Positions 55,911-64,000 of a stretch of DNA of 64,000 nucleotides are shown here, piece after piece; positions within the stretch are counted from its first letter, which is position 1, and every line of letters starts with the position of its first letter. The notes below the pieces were generated by a model. That model had not been told where the DNA came from and did not search any database. It worked only from the letters and a program-made list of their open reading frames with translations. A program made the translations under genes and the position numbers. This DNA is from Eledone cirrhosa (lineage: Eukaryota): positions 257,238,001-257,302,000 of the forward strand of contig OZ024742.1 of the NCBI GenBank assembly GCA_964016885.1. The letters run 5' to 3'.

Positions 55911-58185
55911 GTTAACATCACATCATCTGGTAAAACTAGATGTAAAGAAAGAGTAAGGGCTTTTATAGAGCAGCTACTATATAACAAAATAATCGTCATT
56001 GAAGTACGGCAGGGACTTTGGCTATAGTGTATTTGTATTTCTTGTTGGCTTTGATATCATAGCAACATTTATGCAGTTAGCCCAGGACCTACAATCATTA
56101 GGAGTAGATATCTAACGCTTAAGAATGAATTATTTCACGCCTCTTCTTTTTTATATCTGATACGAAGCAAATGAAATTCGATACCATACACTAGTAAACA
56201 TTCGTATTGCAGGGTGATAGCATGTTAATGTTACTTCTCCTCCGCTCGTTAAACCCAATAGCATAACTGCACATACACATAGTGTACATAGAAAGTGATG
56301 CAGATATCCCTCCTATCATTTCACATCGACGGACTTAAGATTGATGGCCAAACTAAAAAAGCAATTGGACTTCATTAATTAAATCTCAATAGGCATTGGA
56401 ATAACATTTTATAAACCCAAACGTACATTTGGGCTACAAAATTCGAAGAATGATTAAGTTGAAGATACAGCATTTCTTTTTAGAATACTAATGCAAAAAA
56501 ATTGCCGATATTTTGGATCTTCGAGTAAGGAGAGGACTGGGAACAAAGGCATCAGGGGTCCGAAGAGAATCTGGTCATCAAATATATCTCCATATAGCAA
56601 ATACTATTGCCACAACACTATTGCTGTATCCCTCCTATGATATTTGCCTACTAAACTGACCAGTATGCATGCAAGAATTCTCAATGAAAACAAAGTTACT
56701 GGTAATGTTTACCTCAGGTTATATTTCCTATGATAGGAGGGCGGACGGTACCTAAAATCGATATTGATAGTATGCGAGAGCCCAGAATATGACACTGCAA
56801 CATCACAACTTCAACAAAAGTAAAGCGTCAACAACCATCTGCCGAACGTTTATGAACAACATAACACAACGTTATGATTGACATTGAAATAGAAGAAATT
56901 ATGAAATAAATGTGAGAAAAATTCTACTCAATTATTTAGGAAAATGCACCATGAGTTGAGACGAAAACACTGATTATAGAGAAGATAGCTTCCACTAAAT
57001 ATCTGGCATGGATTTCAGGCAATTTCTTAACATCCCACCTTGGAGGTTACGTTCATGGAATCCAGCGGAAAGAAAGCAGTTGTTTCATCAGTTGACAATG
57101 CTTTGCAAAATAAAGGCCAAAGATATTAGCTATATTATTGCTAACAGTAGACGTCTTCTCGTTACAACCTTCCCATGAGTCATGATGTCGTATCCACAAC
57201 ATTCTGGAATGCACTATAGAAACGAAAATAACCACAACTATAGATAGATATTTTGAGACTGGTAGTTCCAAATAATATTGCTGTAACATGAAAATTTAAA
57301 AAAAAGTCCAAATTCAATATATATTGCTATATATATTGCGCCACCGCAACGACGAAAATACATGAATGTTGATACAGACTTGGACCTAATTCTAGATATT
57401 ATACATCTTCGATTGACTGCTGTGAATCCTAAATCAACAATTGAAAATATCGCAATATGCAAATCTGTAGTGTATGAAGATCCAACATTGACTCACGTTA
57501 TCAACAGGATATGAAAAAGGCACAAGAAGGTGTACCTTGTGCGTAACAGAATATAGAATTCAACAGAATTTGGAATCTCCTAAAACCTGTCTTAACTCTA
57601 ATTCTGAGATATTTAAAATTTACCCATATATAAAAATATCACCTCCTTTCTCGGAATCAAAACACCATTATGGACACTTACCCACCTTAAACACTTGCTC
57701 CTCATCAATATTTATCATATATGAACACACTTTCTTACTTTAAACACTGTGGACCTTTACCCCACATTCAACACTTATACTTACACCTATTTTATTCATT
57801 TCTTCTTATCCCTTACATTGAACAATGTCACCCATTTTATTTTACTTTATTTCACACTTATTTTACAATTTATTCACTTCTTGACTTCATCTTTTCCTGA
57901 ACATTCTCACTTACGTTACCACCTTGCGCCTTTAACACATACTTTTAACAACAACATATTTTTTACAGCTTTGTTCTATACATAGAGTACCAGTGTTTCC
58001 TTTGCCTTTATCACATTCTTTCAACAAGAAAATATATTTATATATTTATATATATTTATATAATTTTAATGCTCTGCTCTATACATAGAGCACTCGTTTG
58101 TTCCTATGCTTTCTCATCGGAACCATCTACCACATTTATGTTTTTATATATATTTTGTCTATATATATATATGTGTGTACATGTG

Positions 58186-58253
<68 letters not shown>

Positions 58254-58281
58254 TGTGTGTGTATGTGTGTGTGTATGTATG

Positions 58282-58359
<78 letters not shown>

Positions 58360-58372
58360 TATATATATGTAT

Positions 58373-58424
<52 letters not shown>

Positions 58425-58732
58425 TTGCATGTATGTATGCATATATGTATGCATATATATATATATTTTTTTCCTTTTATTTGAATGTATGTATGCGTGT
58501 GTATGTGCACATGTCTTTTTCTATATTGGTATATATTTTCTTTTTTTAATTTTTATTTTTATCCCGTTATTTTTCCAGCCTCATTTCCATTTTTTAACAG
58601 ATTTAAATTTGATTTCATATATTTTATCCATAACATCTCTATCTGACGACCGATCCAGACATATATATTATTATCGCCTGTGATCCAGAAACCTTTGGGG
58701 TAGTTATATTTCGTGTTGTTCACTTTCTGATT

Positions 58733-58767
<35 letters not shown>

Positions 58768-58825
58768 CGTTTCTGAATTTGTTTAGCAAGATTCTTTATC
58801 TGAAATCGTGTGTTGAAACCGATAT

Positions 58826-59000
58826 AGTGTGTGACGAAAGGACTATGACTATATATAAACAACTATCTGGTTGTGGAACCATCCAACCAACCAGATATTT
58901 ATAAATTTATAAATTTGTAAATTTATAAATATATAATAAATTGAAGTGAAAGCAACTGGTGCGTGTGTTTCTTATTGGCAACATGACCCACCCAAAGTAT
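58826..59000 (+). mobile_element. PLE pLTR 3' tip (family of the 46.3 kb fragment)
   Basis: GTGTGACGAAAG, GAACCA.CCAA.CAACCAG, TTGAAGTGAAA and GGCAACATGACCC match 46219-46370. Confidence 0.6.
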
Positions 59001-59057
<57 letters not shown>

Positions 59058-59061
<4 letters not shown>

Positions 59062-59473
59062 TAAACGGAATAGAAAATGCTGACAAATTGTTCACAGTTG
59101 AAAAATGGTTTAATTAGGAATAAAAGAGTATTAGTGATTGTATGGGTTAGTATTCAGTTGTGGTTTTAAGTTTTTAAGTTTTTACCGGTTGCGCATTTCT
59201 AAATGCTTTTCAAAGATAACTTTGAGATAGAGCCTCCGTGTTGTTAGCTCTGATCAGAGCCAACAATACGGACGCTCTATCTCAAAACCACCCCTGAAAA
59301 GCACTCAGAAATGCGCAACCGGTAAGAACTTAAAACCACAACTGAATACCAACCAATACAACCACCAATACCCCCCCATTCCTAATTAAACCATTCTTCA
59401 ACTGTGAACAACTTGTCAGCACCCTCCATTCCGTTCACCAACATATAACAACTTGTGTGTTACACTTCCGTTC

Positions 59474-59570
<97 letters not shown>

Positions 59571-59806
59571 TAAAATAATAGAGGTGCAACACACAAGCCA
59601 CCATATATTGGTAAACGGAATAGAAAACGCTGACAAATCGCTCACAGTTTGAAAAATGGTTTAATTAGGAACAAAAGAGTACTAGCGATTGTATGGGTTA
59701 GCATTCAGTTATGGTTTCATGTTTTTAAGTCTTTACCGGTTGCGCACCTCCAAATGCCTTTCAATAACAATTTTGAGATAGAGCGTCCGTGCCGTTTGCT
59801 CTGATC
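59058..59806. repeat. Three copies of an about 200-bp pLTR-like unit: palindrome centred at 59253 plus a third copy across (TA)n
   Basis: 59058-59253 and 59254-59446 are inverted about GCTCTGATCAGAGC; 59570-59806 is inverted to 59254-59476. Confidence 0.9.
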
Positions 59807-59828
59807 TGATTAGTTTTGGGAATTCTAC

Positions 59829-60057
59829 CTGTTTTTATGTTAAAAAAAGTGGCTCCAGCGTTATTTTTGTGTTGCAAAAAGTATTGTGGTCAAAACAATT
59901 TTGATTGGTCGGTAGAGGTCATGTGAATGTAAAAAGTTGATTTTGCGCCAAGACTGTTTTTATGTTAAAAAAGTGGCTCCAGCAAAAATTCTTCGTCAGA
60001 ACAATTTTGATTGGTCGGTAGAGGTCATGTGAATAAAAAATTGGTTTTGCGCCAAGA
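59829..60057. repeat. About 115-bp tandem duplication (another of about 120 bp at 60230-60450)
   Basis: CTGTTTTTATGTTAAAAAAGTGGCTCCAGC...TTTTGCGCCAAGA occurs twice. Confidence 0.8.
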
Positions 60058-60104
60058 TTGAGAAATCACTCTTTCACAACAAATATGTGTGTGTGTGTGT
60101 GTAT

Positions 60105-60147
<43 letters not shown>

Positions 60148-60234
60148 TGTGTGTATGTGTGTGTGTAGTAGTAGTAAGGTGTTCGATGTTGCGACAATGG
60201 CTAGCAGCGATGTGTGTCAAATGGCTATTAAGAT

Positions 60235-60287
<53 letters not shown>

Positions 60288-60829
60288 GCAGAGTGATTCG
60301 TGGTGGCAGGGATGGTCAGTAAGAATGTGTCTGAAAGCAATGGGGGGTATTTTAGCATCTCAAAAGATAAGTGTGTGTGTGAGTGTGTGTGTGTGTATAT
60401 ATCAGAGTAATTTGTGGTGGCAGGGATGGTCAGTAAGAATGTGTCTGAAAGCATGTCCAAAGATATTTTTCAGCTTTTGTCTTATACGGAGAAGTGCGTG
60501 TGTGTGTGTGTGTATATAAGTCTCTTTGTATGTTGATGTACGCGTGTGTATGTGTTTGTGTATATATGTGTGTGTGTGTGGGTGGACCAGTATTGTTCCC
60601 CCCTGGTAAAATGGTGTACATTATTCGATTTTTTCAGTAAAATCGGTTCTCTTAATAGAACATCAAAAATCTTAACAATAAAAGGTGTGAAATGATATTC
60701 ACTATATATATATACACATACATATATTCACTACAAATATATATATATATATATATACACATACATATATATATGCACATATATTTCTTTGTATTGCACC
60801 ATAGAGCATGTGTGTTTACGTGTGTCATT

Positions 60830-63800
60830 GTGTTTATATGTGGGTAGAGATGTGTGCTGATGTAGGTATGTATGTTGACGTGTGTATGTTGTGGGTTCGT
60901 CTTAGGGAGAAGTGTTTAGACGGGGTCCGTATTTGTTAATGAAGTAAGATTCCTTGCTGATGCGCTGGGTGTGGGTGGCACTGTCTTTAAATTTGTAGAG
61001 GGGAAAGATTCTGAAGTTGGGATGATTTTGGGCGGCACAGGTATCAATGTTTTCACTCAGTGGTATTCTCCTGTATTCCCGTATTTTAATTTGGGATCTA
61101 TGGACAGTCATGCGTTGGCGGAGGCTGTTTTTGGTCTGGCCTATGTATTGTTCTCGACAAACTGAACAAGTTAATACATATATTAGATTTTCCGATGCAC
61201 ATGTGAAATTGTGTTTTACTATAAAACGTTGTCCATCTTTGAAATAGAATTCCGAACCCTCTATTAGGTTGATGCAAATGCCACAGTTGGGTCTATCGCA
61301 TTTTTTTACTGTGGGTTTCGTTGTTGTGGTTGGCAGTACTTTGGCATGTGTTCAGATGTTTTTCATTGACTTGGATTGTCTTTTGCTCTTTATGATATCG
61401 TGTGTTCGTAGAATTTGGTTCATTCTATTGTCCTTTTTCAATACAGGGATGTTCTGGAGGATGGTGTCAAAGGCCTCATTGTTAAGGGGTTGTGTGTGGA
61501 GATGTATGGAAGAGCTTTTAGTTTTGGTTGATTTACTTTAGGGTCTCTAAGGTCCTGGGTACTGAGTTTTAGGGCACGTTGGATTCCTTTGTCAATTAGT
61601 GATGCAGGGTAGTCCTTGCCTATGAGTGTGTCCTTTAGTTCTTGTAGCCGTAAGTAGCAGATGTTTTTATTGGAGACTATAGTACAGATTCTCTTGGCTA
61701 AATTGTAGGAATATTAATTTTGACGTGTCTAGGGTGGCAAGAGTTGAATGGGAGATATTGCTTGGAGTCTGTGGGCTTGTAGTATATGTCTGTTTCTATT
61801 TGTTTGTTATGGATCTTAATGAGGATGTCGAGGAAGGGGAGTTGTTGATGGCTGTATTCCATCGTGAAGTTAATATTTGTGTTGAGCCCATGTATAAGGG
61901 TGTGAAATTCTTTAAGTTTTTCGATGTTTTCGTGCCAAAGGATGAAGCAGTCATCTAGATATCGCTTCCAGTTCCTTTCAATGTGTAAGTGGAGGGTGTT
62001 TCCAAATTTGTTTAGGACTTTAGTGTAGAGGGTGATTTCCAGGTATCCCATGACTAGGTTGGCATAAGTAGGGGCTGTTTTCGTTCCCATAGCGGTCCCA
62101 GATTTCTGCCTGTAGGGTTTGTTATTGAAAACGAAGTAATTGTTCTCCAAGATAAATTTGAGTCCCTCTATCACGAATTCTTTTTTGATGCATTGTGGGA
62201 GTTCATTTAGGAAATTATCCAGCCAGAATTGGATAGCTTCTATTCCTAGGTTGTGGGGGATGTTGGAGTATATGTTGACTTAATCGAACGTCACTAGTAG
62301 GGTTTGTTCAGAAAGTGGCATATTAGGGAGGTGATTGAGCATATCTAGGTCGTCCCTTATATAGCTTTTGATGTGCTTGAGGAAGGGTTTGAGAAGGGTA
62401 TCAATGATGTTGCTAAGACGGTGTGTTTCGCAAGCGGGGCCTGCTATTATAGGTCTTAATTTGAGATCATTGGGTGAGGGGACATTGATGACTATGTCTG
62501 TGGCTTCCTTGCATGCCTTACTTATTGATTCGCTTTTATGTACTTTAGGGATACCGTAGAAAAGGCTGGATTTACTTGTGAAGTCTGTGATGAAGCTGAA
62601 TTCCTTGTTAGTGAGTCCTTCTTTGTATTGGTTGATTAGAGTTTTTAGGTTTCTCATAATTTTCTGTTGATTGTAGTGTTCAGCCTTTTCGTAGTATGTT
62701 TCGTTTTCCAAAGTGGAGAGCTCTAAGTTGATATAGAATTCTGTCTCCATTAGGACTACTGTACTCCCTTTATCAGCCTCTTTAATTGTAATGGTTCTGT
62801 CGGTTTTTAATCTATTTAATTCTTCCCATTCTTTCTTGTTGAGGTTTGGCTTGTGCTTTTGTCTGTGCAAGTGTTGGTAAGGGAAGTTTGTGATGTGTTC
62901 ACAGAATTCGTCCCGGATTTTATTTCTACCTTTTGAAGGGGTGTAATTGCTTCTCTTCCTGGCTAATGATTCATCCTCATTGTACTGGTCGAATAGTCGT
63001 TCACTAAGTCGTAACTTTCTACAGAAGTCTGTGATGTCTTCCTTCATTTCATAGTAGTTAGGACGTAGTGGGGTCGGTGTGAATTTAAGACCTTTGGAGA
63101 GTAAGTTGATAAGGTAGGGTGTTGGTTCTGCACTAGTAAGATTGATAATTTTTATTACTATCGGTTTCTCCTCCCTGTCTTGTGTTATTTTGTTTGCCTG
63201 TATCTGTGTGCTGTGTCTAAAAAATGGTTGGGGTAGAGGGGTTGTCTGCTGATGTTAAGTGGTCTCCTGTGTTTGTTATATTCCTTGTTGTTGTAAAATG
63301 TGGTTCGGGTTGGTGGTTGTAGATTGAATGGGGTGTTCCTGCACTGCGAGTATGGGTGTGTGTTTCTATGTGCCATGTTGTATTGTGGTGTTATAAGTGG
63401 CCTACGTTGTTGGTTGTATCGTGTGGTGTGGGTTCGTTGTGTATTGTGGAAGTGAGAGTTGAGAAAATGGTAATTACATTGCTGTCCCCTTGAAGCGGGG
63501 AAGTTGTTGCATCTATCATGGCGGTGGTATCTTTTCCCTATGTTTGACGATGAGGAATCCGCGTAGTAGTTGAGTGATTTGGTATGGTGTCTCCTTGAAG
63601 GGGGAAAGTTGTAAATGTCATTCTGGGGGAGATGATTTCTTGAGTTTTTGTTCCTTCTTATGGTAGCGAGGTTGGGAAGTTCATCTTCGGTGTGGTGCTT
63701 CCTTCTTCGTTTGTTTGAGGCTTGGGGGTTTGAGAAGTTGTTGTGCGGTTCAGTTATGGGTTTTCCTATTTTTATGAACGGGTTATTGGAGGTGTAATCC

Positions 63801-64000
63801 GTTTGAAAAGTCGATTCATAGTGTAGGAACCAAGCGGCACTTTTTTCCCAGCGTTGAAGGGATTTCAGTTCTTCTCTGTTGCAGTCCTCTTTCCATAATT
63901 TGGAGATCTTCTCTACCTTGGGGCCTTCAGTTTTGTTGTTGATTTCCAGGAGGATCTCTTCATCGATGGTGTTGATTTTTTCCTCATTTGTCTGGGCCCT
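60830..64000 (-). mobile_element. Neptune-type Penelope-like element, continues past the window end
   Basis: RT motifs, CxxxxCxxC linker and C-terminal GIY-YIG, all collinear. Confidence 0.93.
60902..63150 (-). pseudogene. PLE RT-GIY-YIG ORF with nonsense codon (62280) and frameshifts
   Basis: IKEADKG, FYGIPKVHK, LRPIIAGP, LVTFD*VNIYSNIPH, GTAMGTKTAPTYANLVMG, WKRYLDDCF, LPFLDI, DIYYKPTD, CDRPNCGIC, NLIYVLTCSVCREQYIGQT. Confidence 0.93.

Overview
AT-rich, microsatellite-saturated animal DNA. The SINE, RTE and Penelope-like element (PLE) content is most consistent with an octopus or other coleoid genome (inference). No intact host gene is visible, and almost all ORF-track calls are (TA)n/(CA)n/(GA)n translations. 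Coding relics are retroelements: two large PLEs (426-3982, Hydra-type motifs; about 60830-64000, Neptune-type), smaller PLE fragments, RTE, CRE-like and R4/Dong-like LINE fragments, and tRNA-derived SINEs. Two things stand out. (1) A set of small non-coding hammerhead-ribozyme (HHR) elements is inserted in (TA)n, often as head-to-head inverted pairs. The main one is a near-perfect 310-bp tandem array (42306-46201, about 12.6 units, 12 intact minimal HHRs) with an internal inversion and circularly permuted ends, which looks like a non-LTR retrozyme/circRNA mobilised by PLE RT. A diverged relative at 21.1-21.4 kb shows compensatory hairpin changes. (2) There are clustered one-directional A-to-G changes in a fold-back repeat (59254-59806) and in one SINE copy (54618-54740). 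These look like ADAR A-to-I hyper-editing written back into DNA, although an assembly or polishing artefact must be excluded. All alignments and folds were done by eye, and boundaries of degenerate elements are approximate.
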